Source: Octopus sinensis
Taxonomy: Eukaryota
Assembly (NCBI RefSeq): GCF_006345805.1
Contig: NC_042998.1
Location: 23,188,001 to 23,252,000 of the forward strand
Direction: 5' to 3'
Length of the DNA: 64,000 bases
The position numbers were made by a program, and so were the translations under genes. Of the stretch, positions 1 through 12,345 are shown piece by piece. The number at the start of each line of letters is the position of its first letter. The first letter of the stretch is position 1. The notes under the pieces are model-generated. The model did not search any database, was not told the DNA's origin, and saw only the letters and a program-made list of their open reading frames with translations.

Positions 1-153
1 TGGTAAGTAGCTTGCTTACGAACAATATGGTTACGGGTTCAGAGACACTGCGTGGCACCTTGGACAAGTGTCTTCTACTATAGCCTCGGGCTGACCAAAG
101 CCTTGTGAGTGGATTTGGTAGATGGAAACTGAAAGAAGCCCGTCGTATATATG

Positions 154-190
<37 letters not shown>

Positions 191-375
191 TTGTCCCCCC
201 AACATTGCTTGACAACCAATGCTGGTGTGTTTCTGTCTCCATAACTTAGTGGTTCGGCAAGAGACCGATACAATAAGTACTAGGCTTACAAAGAATAAGT
301 CCTGGAGTCGATTTGCTCAACTAAAGGTGGTGCTCCAGCATGGCTGCAGTCAAATGACTGAAACAAGTAAAAGAG
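1..375 (+). mobile_element. SINE family A (tRNA-like head, CORE-like accttgggcaagtgtc block, internal (TA)/(TG)n), 5' end cut by the window edge
   Basis: Matches the multicopy consensus seen more than 15 times in the window. Confidence 0.85.
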
Positions 376-385
376 AGAGTAAAGA

Positions 386-441
<56 letters not shown>

Positions 442-580
442 TCCAACACACACACATATAAAAGTAAATATAAGAGCAATGGTACTATTAAAATACTATC
501 ACTAGTGGTAATTGGATACCAGCTGTACAGACAAATTAATAAAATATATAAAGCAATATATGTGCTTATATATATATGCT

Positions 581-870
581 GAGACCCCCTTCGGTCATGA
601 CTGACCATGGGATTGCACCTACAAAGTTACCCTCCGAGGCCAAAGTCCGGGCAAGGTTGTTCATGGAAAACCAGCAGTCATCCATGTATACCAGCCTCCC
701 CTCTCCATGCCACCAGTGTCATCCAAGGGAAAGGCAAAGGCTGACACAGCTTGACATCTGTGATGTTGCAACTCATTTCTACAGCTGAGTAAACTGGAGC
801 AACATGAAATAAGTGTCTTGATCACACAACACACAGCCTGGTCCGGGATTTGAACTCACAACCTCACAAT
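581..870 (-). mobile_element. SINE family D (central aatgagttgcaacatcacagatgtcaagctgtgtcagcc block; RTE-like tail ccatggtcagtcatgaccgaagggggtc)
   Basis: Matches 19108-19310 and partly 61640-61850. Confidence 0.7.
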
Positions 871-2461
871 TGAAAGTTTCCATGCTAGCAAGGGTTGGAT
901 GGTTTGACAGGAGCTAGCAAGCTGGAGAGCTGTACCAGGCTCCAGTTCTCAGTTTTGGCATGATTTCTACAGTTGGATGCCCTTCTTAACACTAACTACT
1001 TTACAGAGTGTACTGGGTGCTTTTATGTAGTACCAGTACACACACACACACACACATACAAAATACAACTTGGGACAAAAATATAGTACAATATGAAATA
1101 CATTAAAGATTCATGATATGATAAGTGCAAACATGGCTGCATGGTTAAGAATCTCATTTTGTAACCACATGGTTTTGGGTTCAAAATGTGATAAACACAA
1201 GTTTTTGTTCCCTATATACATTTCACTGTTGTGCTTGTTTGGAACCTCTACATTGAATGTTTCAAGTGCAATTGGATCCATAACCACAACGGATCAGCAA
1301 AAGCACACCTTATTGCACTAAGTTATAGAGATCAAAACCTCCATAAAGAACAAATGATATAAACTGGTGTTTATCATAACTTCTCTCCAACATTTGCTCT
1401 GTATATCATAACTAGCAATACGACTATGCTGAAGGTAAACTGGCTGATGACAATATACAAAGAGCTCAAAACTCAACAGCAACAATATAAAATATACAAA
1501 GATATACACAAGAAAGTGAGGGAACTGCTATCTATGGAGGATCAAGCTACTTCAAAACACTGACCCCTGGCGATTCTTCCGTATAGGTACCGTAAGTGGC
1601 TTTGTTTACATTTCTGAAGATAACAGGAACCCTTTTCTCCCCCCCCCCCTAACCCTACCCCCCCATATATATATAAAAAAACTCTTTCTTGAAATGTATC
1701 CGGCACTTCCGGTACCTATACCGAAGTTATGCCCTGACCCCCTTATACTGTGGGCAGTTGTCTTCTCCTGACTGCAATTTTCAGGTAGAATTTGAGAACT
1801 AGTCCTGTCATTCATACAAGCTTTCCCACTTGCAACCACATAGACTCAACAGGCACACATTCTTCTTCAGCTTTACCAGTGGGAATTGATGGAACTAATG
1901 AGAAATTGGTCAGAGAGCTAGACTCCTATCCTCAACCTTTCCAATAAGTCCAATATAAAAATCTGTTTTATCAGAGGAAAACTACAGGCCTTCTCCTTGT
2001 CAAACATAACAAGCAGATGATTCTTAAAAAGAACTTGGTTGATTGCAGATCCATTCAACATGTGATAACAGCTATTTGAATAAGCACGAGCAATTAACAA
2101 TCACATGTCAGATTGATCAGGCATTAATCAGGTTCCTTGTCTGCTGTCACCTTTTTGGCTCTCCTGTATAGTGGTTATGGGAAAACAGATTATTAGGTGG
2201 ATTTACTTGAAAAGCTGGTGGACAAAATTCTAGCTCACTGACCTAAATCTTATAAGCTTCATCAAATTCCATTTGAAGTTGAGAATAAGGATGGAGAGGG
2301 AGGTTTTGCTTTGTAGCAAATTTGAGGAAAAGAGGGCACATGAAGGCTGTTCTTCTTCAACACACACACATATTTGTGTGTGTGTTGATTTGGTAAAACT
2401 AAAAGGAGAAATGGAACTCAAGTCAGAAGAGAACACTTTTTTTGTTTTCTATCGACCTATA

Positions 2462-2957
2462 TATATGTATATGTGCCGGCGGCATGTAAAAAGCACCATC
2501 TGAACATGGCTGATGTCAGCGCTGCCTTGACTGGCTTCTGAGCCGGTGGCACGTGACCTGCTGTGCTTGAGGAGACCTATTGAGTCAAGTACATCAACAT
2601 CAAAATAAATATCAAATGGAAATTGTAGTTGTGATACCTGTGCCGGTGGCATGTAAAAAGCACCATCTGAACGTGGCCGATGCCAGCGCCGCCCTGACTG
2701 GTTTCTGTACTGGTGGCACGTAAAAAGTACCAACCGATCGTGGCCGCTGCCAGCCTCCCCTGGCACCTGTGCCGATGGCATGTAAAAAGCACCTACTATA
2801 CTCACGGAGTGGTTGGCGTTAGGAAGGGCATCTAGCTGTAGAAACACTGCCAGATCAGATTGGAGCCTGGTGCAGCCTCCTGGCTTCCCAGACCCCGGTC
2901 GAACTGTCCAACCCATGCTAGCATGGAAAACGGACGTTAAATGATGATGATGATGAC
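2462..2957 (+). mobile_element. RTE LINE 3'-tail element with internal sub-repeats and (GAT)n
   Basis: gtgccggtggcatgtaaaaagcacc sub-repeats, terminal palindrome ccatgctagcatgg, gatgatgat tail. Similar copies lie at about 0.9, 11.8, 18.1, 29.3, 39.4, 42.0, 44.4, 50.6, 55.8, 56.3 and 59.6 kb. Confidence 0.85.
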
Positions 2958-3394
2958 ATATATACACATATATCGCATACATAACTGCTTTATTTGTTAT
3001 TGCTTGCTGAATTCATTAGTTGAAAGTATGAGATTAACTAAGTGCTTAATAATCAGTCAAGAGATAAACTGAGCAAAAAGGGTAAAATATTGGAATTTCT
3101 CATATAAAGTGAGATGTTAATAGCGAAAATCAATGTTTTTGTTCTTTAATATATGATTATCTTTGCAAATGAGAGATTGTAACAAAAACAAATATAGGAA
3201 CCCATTCTAGATTGTTTATAGAAAATTCGTGCCTATTTGGTGAAATAATTTTTGTATAAAAGAATCAAGCTATTATTTCTCAAATTCATTTCCAATGAAA
3301 TTATGCAGGTAATTGTGAATGAATTTGTTATAATAAATCAATGCTTTCATTCAATAGAGATGACTTTCAATTAAATATTTTGAATGCACAAAAA

Positions 3395-3778
3395 GTAATG
3401 TAGCTCTGTGGTAAAAATTTTGCTTCCCAATCACATGGTTCTGGGTTCAGTTCTTGGGCAAGTATCTTCTATAATAGTCCTGGTGTGAGCAAAGCCTTGT
3501 GAGTAGATTTGGTAGATGAAAACTGAAAGAGGTCCATCATGTGTGTGTGTGTGTATGTGTGTGCGTGTGTTTGACCACCACCTCTACCTGACAACTTGTG
3601 TTGGTTTGTTTACATCCATGTAACTTAGTGGTTTGGCAAAAAGAGACAGATAGAATAAGTACCAGGCTTAGGGAAAAAAAATTAAGCACTAGGGTTGATT
3701 TGTTTGGATAAAAAAAACTTCAAGCCAATGTCCCAGCATGGCCACAGTTCAATGACTAAAACAAGTAAAAAATAAAAG
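3395..3778 (+). mobile_element. SINE family A copy
   Basis: Same head, internal microsatellite and 3' end gactaaaacaagtaaaa. Confidence 0.8.
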
Positions 3779-4255
3779 ATTCTATATAAATAATTCTGAA
3801 AAGTAATTCAAAATGCTAGTTTTATGGGAATCCTTTATCAAGGTGTGCCCATGACAAGGGCCACGTTAACAGCATTATGGGCTCCCTAGGTAAAGTAATA
3901 TACAAGGACCTCTATATACACAACCACAATATATATCGATTAGCACTGGGTTCCTAGAAATGTGGTGCTTCTGGACAACTACCCAGTACATCAAAGCCTC
4001 AAAATGGCATTACATCATCGTCATTGTTTTAATGTCCACTTTTCCATATTTGAGTGGTTCAAACAGATTTTGTTGAGCCAGTCTACTATGACTGGGTGCC
4101 CTTCCAGTCAATCTTTATCTGTTTTCAATGAAGGTCGTTGTACTCTATGACCAGGAATGTTTTCACAGAAGACTGGGAAGGGAGGACACCACTTGCATAG
4201 TGGAAATGCTTGTTCACAAATATCACAGGAAGTCAAGGTAAGGAGACAGTAATGT

Positions 4256-4305
<50 letters not shown>

Positions 4306-4409
4306 GCTTCTTTTAGTTTCTGCCTTCCATTAACAAGGTTTTGCTTAGCCCTGGGCTATAGTAGAAAACACCTGTGTGTGTGTGTGTGTGTGTGTTCTTT
4401 TTGTCTCCT

Positions 4410-4700
4410 TGCCTTGATGTTGTGAGATAGTTGCAAGCGATTATCACAGTCATGCATGCAGGGTCCTTCATTTGACTTGACAGAATTCACCCAGGGTGGG
4501 TTGAGCTGGCTTCATTTATCCTCAAAGCTGCATCTCTCACAAACGCCGACCAGGCCTGGCGATTTGAGGCTAACGACTGCATGATCTCCAACCACTCCTT
4601 ATTCCAGTGGCGAACGCCGTAGATATGGGGGCCTAGGTTGGGTTCCAGATCAGCCTTGACTGTCATCAGCCAGGTTTTTCGTTGTCCTAATATAGGGTCC
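4410..4700 (-). mobile_element. RTE-type LINE C-terminal fragment (different subfamily)
   Basis: GQRKTWLMTVKADL...WLEIMQSLASNRQAWSAFVRDA matches the RTE C-terminal pattern GRxRKTW...DRxxWR. Confidence 0.65.
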
Positions 4701-4897
4701 TTCATTTCCAATATTCCATGTCTGGTTATGGGGAAATATTAAATTATCTGGGAATATGTGAGGATTGGCATCAGGAAGGGCATCCAGCTATAGAAAATCT
4801 GCCACAACGAAATTCTAACAAAACCCATGTGAGCATGGAAAAGTGAACATTAAACCAATGATGATGATAATGAGTAAAAAATAATTTGTATTCTTAC

Positions 4898-4989
4898 CTT
4901 AGATTGAGACTCATCACTCATAATTTTTTCAATGAAAAGGAACAGAAGCAGACCTGCTAGGGCCCATTCTCCTGTCCACAAATAGTCAT
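4898..4989 (-). CDS. SLC39A13: Internal coding exon of a LIV-1 family zinc transporter, ZIP13-like (TM3 region)
   Basis: Acceptor tttacag| at 4990 and donor AAG|gtaaga at 4897. The 92 nt (phase 1 to phase 0) read (D)DYLWTGEWALAGLLLFLFIEKIMSDESQSK, matching the ZIP13/ZIP7 TM3 pattern GxWxxAGxxxFLxxEK; the acidic tail is closer to ZIP13. Flanking exons (LHLLPEAW; GYLNL) were not found in the window. Confidence 0.7.
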
Positions 4990-5754
4990 CTGTAAATATA
5001 AAAGGAGTTATATGAATGAAAGCAAGTGTATTTGAAAAAAACACTGATTCTATGGTTTTTAACTCTTTGATAATCTGCTACATGTAAATGCTTAATAAGA
5101 ATAAATACGTTAGTAATGTGCACCAGATGGCATTGCAACCACAAAGAGAAAAGGAAGCTTAGCGAAAGCAATAGATTCAAGGTATTAATATGAACACAGT
5201 GGAGGAAATAGAATTATAGATGAGCCAAAGAGGAAGGCTCTGTGTTTTAATTTCCTTGCTAGACATAAATGCTAATTTGTTTTCAAATCACACTGTTTCA
5301 GGTTAAAAAGAGGAAACATATGTATCTATAACACTGGTTAACAAGTATTTTTCATCAAGCATATGTCAAGGTGTACTTAGTGCAGTTTTTAATGCCAATT
5401 TCAAATATACAATTAGCTTTTTTGACATTTCGTACAGTTTTCAAGATGAGAAAGTATTTTTTGGTTTCAGCTCATGCATTATAAGGAAATTCCAATTATT
5501 GGTGTGTATGCATGTATTTCATTTACACCATGGAAACATACCTTTAAAATAAGCTACATTATTCATTGCAGCATAGTTCAGATGTAATATTTCATCGTCT
5601 TAAATTAACCAATCAAGTTTTGTCTGATGAAATAGGTATTTTGACATCTTAAATTGTCCAACATAAGTGGTCTAATGAAATATTTCATCATCTCAAATTC
5701 AATATAAGTATAACTGTTTGTATCTATTTTCTTACTTGTTTTACAGTGTTAACA

Positions 5755-6035
5755 ATATCAAGACAGTGTAGAAATCCTACTGATGTGTTTTGTTATGTCT
5801 GAGGACAATTTATTGTGAAATCTCAAAAATGTACAATAACACCAGAAATCAAGAAGATTTATAAGCTATACTTTGACTGTCCTCTTGGAGATCAAGACAA
5901 GTTATGGACACCACATTTTATCTGCTCAGCTTGCTCAAATGGCTTACATGACTGGTTCAAATAATAATAAGAAATCCATGCCTTTTGCCATTCCAAAAAT
6001 ATGGAGGGAGCCAAAAGACTGTTACTGCCTTTATG
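5755..6035 (+). pseudogene. DNA transposase N-terminal zinc-finger relic, probably CMC/Chapaev(3)-type
   Basis: CRNPTDVFCYV*GQFIVK...YKLYFDCPLGDQDKLWTPHFICSAC...(frameshift)KKSMPFAIPKIWREPKDCYC. It carries a stop and a frameshift. The superfamily assignment is from memory of the LGDQDKxWAPH / WREPK motifs. Confidence 0.65.
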
Positions 6036-7600
6036 ACTTCTTCCCTTCCTTGCCTGAATCTCAGAAGCCCTAAAAGACGGATCAGGTTTTCCCTTACTTC
6101 TCTGAATAAGATATTAACCCTTCAGCATTTAAACTGGCTATATCCATCCAACTTTAATATATTTTATTATCTCTCTGTAAATTTCCCTGTGTTCCTTTCT
6201 TTTGAAGAGCGTAGGCTTGAAAGGTAAAAGACTTTCTCACTTTCCCGAGTCTTCTACTATAGCCCCAGACCAACCAAAGCCTTGTGAGTGGATTCGGTTG
6301 ATGGAGACTGAAAGAAGCCCTTGTACATGTGTGACAGCCAGTGTTGGTGTGTTTACATCCCCATAACTTATTGGTTTGGCAAAAGAGACTGGGAGAACAA
6401 GTACTAGGCTTACAAAAAAAAAAGAAAAAGAAAAGTACTGGGGTTGATTTATTCAACTAAAAATATACAGAATGGTGCCCCTGTATGGCCACAGTTTCAT
6501 GACTGAAACAAGTAAAAGATAGAAGGTAAAGCAAAATAGAAATACCAATATAATAAAAGGAATTCAGTCAAGTAAACAATGTGTCCACACACACACACAC
6601 ACACACACACGCACATCCACACACACACACATTCACACACACTTGTGTACTTAATCCCACTCACAGTTTGGGATCAACCCAAGATGATGATAGAAAACAC
6701 TTGATCAAGGAGGGATGCGATGAGACTGAACTCAGAACATCATGATTGTGGCCTTCACATACGCAAACATATTCCAAATGCTACACACATACACAAACCA
6801 GACAGTTTTGATATTGAACCAAAATGTTTCAAGGCAACCAAGGCCGACAAGACATATTTTGAAGTAAAAATAATAGACACAGGAAAGATAATGTGAGATA
6901 CCCAAAAGGATTTCAGTGCAAGATTCAATTAAAAAGGAACAGCAACACACCCAAAGATAATTATGTTATTCTGAGAGAAGAATCTGCCTGGAATAGTCAC
7001 CTTGAAAGTGAGTCAAAAGGTTAGAAAGATGAGCGTAATGAACAAAACAAAGTAAAGGAACAGATTTTGTTTATTTTTGTTTTGTTTCAAATATCCTTAG
7101 AATAAACCAAGGAGAAAGACGTTAGACATTACTGTAAGAATTGCTATCATTAAATCTTTGGCCAATATGTTCCAGCAGATTAAGATGGCACCGTTTTAGA
7201 TGTGTATTCAGCATGGTGTTAACAAATTAATGATAAGCTAACATGAGTTGAAAATTTTTCCTTCTGCTGGTTCCTTAACCCAGAAGATTGAAGATTAGAT
7301 TTCCAGATAGACGATTATTATAATACTGTAACTAGCAAAGATCAAAGGTACAACCAGGTATTTTTAGGTTTTAATACAATAATTCTAGCAAAAAGCATAG
7401 CGTTTTTCATTTTAAATACTTAATAAAATACCAGAAATAACTAGATATGTGTGCCTAACATTTTGCAGAAGAAAATAATAAGCATGAAAATAATTAACAA
7501 ACTAGAAGTTAATTGAACTGAAAGAATGTGGTTAGGAAAACTATGGAACTATTCAATGTATTCAAAGTTCTCTATTCTAAAACCAATATATGTCTAATGT

Positions 7601-7873
7601 TCACGTTCACGTGACCGACCAGGCTATCAGATGTGGCTACACATCGCTGGTCACAATGCGCTTCGCACTGTCTTAGCCTTCAAATGACGCCACCCCACTG
7701 GCTAAGCGAGCAGGCCAACAGAAGAAAGAATGAGAGAAAGTTGTGGAAAGAGCGTCGTGGAGCTTTAGGTGTTTTCACTCAATAAACACTCACAACGCCC
7801 AGTCTGGGAATCGAAAACGCAATACTACGACTGCGAGTCCGCTGCCCTAACCACTGGGCCATTGTGCCTCCAC
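7601..7873 (-). mobile_element. tRNA-derived SINE family C
   Basis: Head gtggaggcacaatggcccagtggttagggcagc with A box and B box; 13-bp TSD atatgtctaatgt. Confidence 0.9.
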
Positions 7874-8486
7874 ATATGTCTAATGTATGTTCCTGTTATT
7901 GCCTGGTACTCTTAAAGAAATGTCAATGAATTCAATTTCCAATTAGTTCAACACTATGATGATATTGAATATATACAGACATAGCTTCTGTTCTAATCTA
8001 CCTTTATAGCAGGATCCAACAGGATAAGTAATTAATAATTGCACCTGTCACGAATTTCACTAATCTAGTCCCTGAAATCTAATGTGCAGGGAAAGGTGCA
8101 ATAACTTTCCAATACACCAGACCCTGCTTATTAATCTTGTCTAAATTGACTGGAAAGATTACAAATCTGTGGTTGAGAGAGCCAGCTACATAAAGCTGTG
8201 GGAAACAGTCACTGTTCCTGTCAGTTAATCTAATGAAAACTCTAAATATGACCTCGTTGCAGCTTGTTCAAGTACACACTGGCATATTTGGGAGAATCTT
8301 TACATGCATCTAAGACACTGTTCTAATCACCTGTTAACATTAACAAGTGAGATGTTCTGAGGTAAGCTTTCAGACATCTGAAGAAATCCAGCCTTTAGAC
8401 AATCAAGACTACTTTTAGATTTATATTTTTCTGAAACAGTGATGCCATTACCTGGATTGACTGAAAGGGGCATAGATCTTGTAGTC

Positions 8487-8739
8487 TAGTGGTTCCCAAA
8501 GTGGGCGGTATTGTTTCCCTGGAGGTGGTGGAAAGTTCCAAGGGGGCATTGAAGAAAAGTGGGGTGATAATGGGGTTAAGATTCATGTAAAAACAACAAA
8601 ATAATGGGTTCATTAGTTTAAGTTTTATTTGTGAAATACATTTGCTTTAGAAAAAGTTATATGTTTGTGATGGTGGGAGCGCTAGGAGTGACCTGGGTGT
8701 CGGGGGGAGGGGCAACCCGAAAATATTTGGGAACCACCA
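8487..8739. mobile_element. hAT (Charlie-like) MITE, same family as the one at 50.4 kb
   Basis: Ends tagtggttcccaaa / tttgggaaccacca; internal similarity to 50434-50948; TSD not preserved. Confidence 0.65.
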
Positions 8740-9663
8740 GAAGGAGAGCAAACACATAATAATGGTGGTGCTGCTGCTGCTGATGATAATTTCTGATTTG
8801 ACACAAGGCCAGTAATTTTGACTGGAAGATACCATCAACCGCAGTACATGACTGAAATGTTATCTTTGTGATCTCAGAGGGATTTGAACTCAGAACATAG
8901 TGATCCGGAACAAATACTGCAAAGCTTTTTGTTCAGAAATTTTTCTAACACGTAGTTAATTAAAATATTTATATTGGTTTCAAATTTTGGCACAAGGTCA
9001 GCAATTTTGAGGAGGTCAACCTTCAAGTTGATTATGTTGATCCCAGTGCTTAACTAGTTCTTATTCATTTCTTTATTGCCCACAGGGGGCTAAACACAGA
9101 AAGGACAAACAAGGACAGACAAAGGGATTAAGTCGATTACATCGACCCCAGTGCAGATTTTGAATTCAGAATGTAATGGCAGTTGAAATACCACAGGGTT
9201 TTTTTCCTGGCATGCTAACGTTTCTGCCAGCTCACAGCCTTTATTGTGTTGGTCCCAGAAGGATGAAAGGCAAAGTTGACCTTGGTGGAATTTGAACTCA
9301 AAACATAAAGGTGGATGAAATGCCCTAAGCATCTTGCCCATTGTGCTAATGATTCTGACAGTTTGCTGGCTTAATTATAATATTAATACTGATTTGAAAT
9401 TTTGTGACAAGGCCAGCAACAGCAGGGGAGGGAGTAAGTCAATTACATCAACCCCAGTATTCAACTGGTACTTATTTTATCAACCCTTACAGAATGAAGG
9501 GCAAAGTTGACCAAAGCAAAATTTGAACTCAGAACACAAATACAGATGAAATGCCTCTAAGCATTTTGCCCCATGTGCTAACAATTCTACCAGCTTGTCA
9601 CGTTAGATATAATAATAATAATAATAATAATAATGATAATAATAATAATAATAATAATAATAA

Positions 9664-10090
9664 TATCTGTCAAGACCTACCAAAAACTGAGCAAATATAA
9701 AGATCTTGAACTAGAAATCAGCAAAATGTGGAACCTGAAAACTAAAACAATACCTGTTGTCATAGGTGCCCTGGGAATGATAGCGAAAGGGGCTGATTGC
9801 TACCTAACTCAGATACCAGGAAACCCAAAAATGGCAGAAATTCAAAAGATAGTGCTCATGGGAACTGCTCATATCTTACGCAAAATACTCTCTATGTAAT
9901 CCCAAGGTTTAAAACAAACTTTAAAAAAAAATTTATTTATTAGACATTCACTAGTAAAACACCCCCCCCCAAATATATGGCACACTAGGCATAACAACAA
10001 CGTGAACTTCCAACCTGTTGTCTCTTGAGGTCTCTGGGTGAGACTTGGAGCCAACTTGTACAGACATAAAGCAAAAGTCAAACATAGAAT

Positions 10091-10095
<5 letters not shown>
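9664..10095 (+). mobile_element. R4/Dong-type (RLE endonuclease) non-LTR retrotransposon 3' fragment
   Basis: KLSKYKDLELEISKMWNLKTKTIPVVIGALG...IQKIVLMGTAHILRKIL* is the RLE C-terminus. It is flanked on both sides by (TAA)n. Confidence 0.85.
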
Positions 10096-10131
<36 letters not shown>

Positions 10132-10811
10132 CAATAATAATCCTTTCTACTAAAGGCACAAGGCCTGAAACTTTGGGGGGAAAGAGACTAGTCGATTACA
10201 TCGACCCCAGTGTTTCACTGGTACTTAATTTATCAACCCCAAAGGGATTAAAGGCAAAGTTGACCTCAGCAGCACCTGCTATACATCTGACTTTTACTTC
10301 ACATTAAAATAACCAAATACTTTGGTCCTGAAATTGCTGTCAGGAATAAATGCCAGACAGTTAGTCCAGGAATTTGTATCCTACATTTCACTTACAGCAA
10401 TCTTATAGCACTTATAACAGCTGAACTGGTTCCAAATGTAGTACACCGCTCACCTTTGGCTCACAGTCAATCAAAAATCTTCATATAAAGGAAACCAAAA
10501 ATCCTAAATCAGAATTTATGCTATGGGGCGGCATACCATTCATTGCCTATTTCATCTGATGGAATCTGATATTTTAAAGGAATAGATTATTTCCATCAGA
10601 AATTCCTTAGCAGTTTTGTCAGTTATTTGTATGATGGAATATTTAGAGAGAGGAGAATTTTATTATCTTTAGCATTCCGGTCTTCCTGCCATTCCATCAC
10701 ATTGTCGCAGAAATATTGAGTAATAAAATAAATAACAGACATATGATATGATTGGTTAATTGACTATTTATACCTATATTAAATTGTGGTCTTCAGCTAA
10801 AGTAAAACAAT

Positions 10812-11210
10812 CAGGAGTGGCTGTGTGGTAAGTAGCTTGCTTACGAACCACACAGTTCTGGGTTCAGTCCCACTGCGTGGCACCTTGGGCAAGTGTCTTC
10901 TACTATAGCCTCGGGCCGACCAGAGCCTTGTGAGTGGATTTGGTTGACAGAAACTGGAAGAGGTCTGTCGTATATATGTCTATGTATATATATATATGTG
11001 TGTGTGTGTTTGTGTGTCTGTGTTTGTCCCCCCAACATCACTTGACAACCGATGCTGGTGTGTTTACGCTCCCGTAACTTAGCGGTTCAGCAAAAGAGTC
11101 CGATAGAATAAGTACTAGGCTTACAAAGAATAAGTCCTGGGATCGATTTGCTCAAATAAAGGCGGTGCTCCAGCATGGCCACAGTCAAATGACTGAAACA
11201 AGTAAAAGAG
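10812..11210 (+). mobile_element. SINE family A, full-length
   Basis: caggagtggctgtgtggtaagtagcttgc...gggttcagtccc (A/B-box-like) through gactgaaacaagtaaaagag. Confidence 0.9.
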
Positions 11211-11924
11211 TAAGAGTTAAAGAGAATCAATATTCAGAGATACAAGGCACAAGTTAAGCTGTGTGGTTAGGTAGTTCCTTTCACAACCGTGAGTCTTTAA
11301 GTTCAATCCTAATGTGTGATACCATGGGCGTGTACCTTTTGCCAACTAATGCCTTGTGAGTGAATTAGGTATGTGGATATTGCAATCCCAACTGCATGGT
11401 TCCAGGTTCAGTCCTACTGCATGGCATCTTCGGCAAGTGTCTTCTACTTGTAGTCTTGCGCTGACCAAAGCCCTGTCAGCGGACTTGGTAGATGAAAAAA
11501 TGAAAGAAGCCTGTCACACACACACACACACGTATATATGTGTGTGTGTGTCTTTGTGTCCGTGTTTGTCCTCCACCACCACTGCTTGATAACCACTGTT
11601 GGTGTGTTTATGTCCTTGTAAGTTAGCGCTTTGGCAAAAGAGACCAAGAGATTAAGTATCAGGCTTAAAAAGAAAAACTACTGGGGTTGATTCATTCAGC
11701 TACAAATTCTTCAAGGTGGTGCCCCAGTATGGTCACAATCAAATGAATGAAACATCATCATCATCATCATTTAACATCTGTTGTCCATGGGCTAGACAGT
11801 TTGAACAGGGCTGGTAAGCTGAGGGGCTGCACCAGGATCCAGTCTGATTTGGCATGGTTTCTACAGCTGGATGCCCTTTCTAATGCCAACCACTCCAAGC
11901 GTGTAACAGGTGCTTTTACATGCC

Positions 11925-12345
11925 TATTTCTTTACTACCCACAAGGGCTAAACACAGAGGGGACAAACAAGGACAGACAAATGGATTAAGTCCATTACAT
12001 TGACCCCAGTGCATAACTGGTACTTAATTTATCGACCCCGAAAGGATGAAAGGCAAAGTCGACCTCGGCGGAATTTGAACTCAGAGCGTAGTGGCGGAAG
12101 AAATACCTATTTCTTTACTACCCACAAAGGGCTAAACACAGAGGGGACCAACAAGGACAGACAAACGGATTAAGTCGATTATATCAACCCCAGTGCGTAA
12201 CTGGTACTTATTTAATCGACCCCGAAAGGATGAAAGGCAAAGTCGACCTCGGTGGAATTTGAACTCAGAACATAACGGCAGATGAAATACGGCTACGCAT
12301 TTCGCCCGGCGTGCTAATGTTTCTGCCAGCTCGCCGCCTTTTACA
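11925..12345 (-). mobile_element. SINE family B with a duplicated 3' module (central gactttgcctttcatcctttcggggtcgataaattaagtacc, Meta-domain-like)
   Basis: Head aaggcggcgagctggcagaaac...gagttcaaattcc (B-box-like); the roughly 190-bp body+tail is present twice. Confidence 0.85.

Noticed and set aside
1645-1665. Interstitial telomeric repeat
   Set aside because: Only about one CCCTAA unit, embedded in a C-run.
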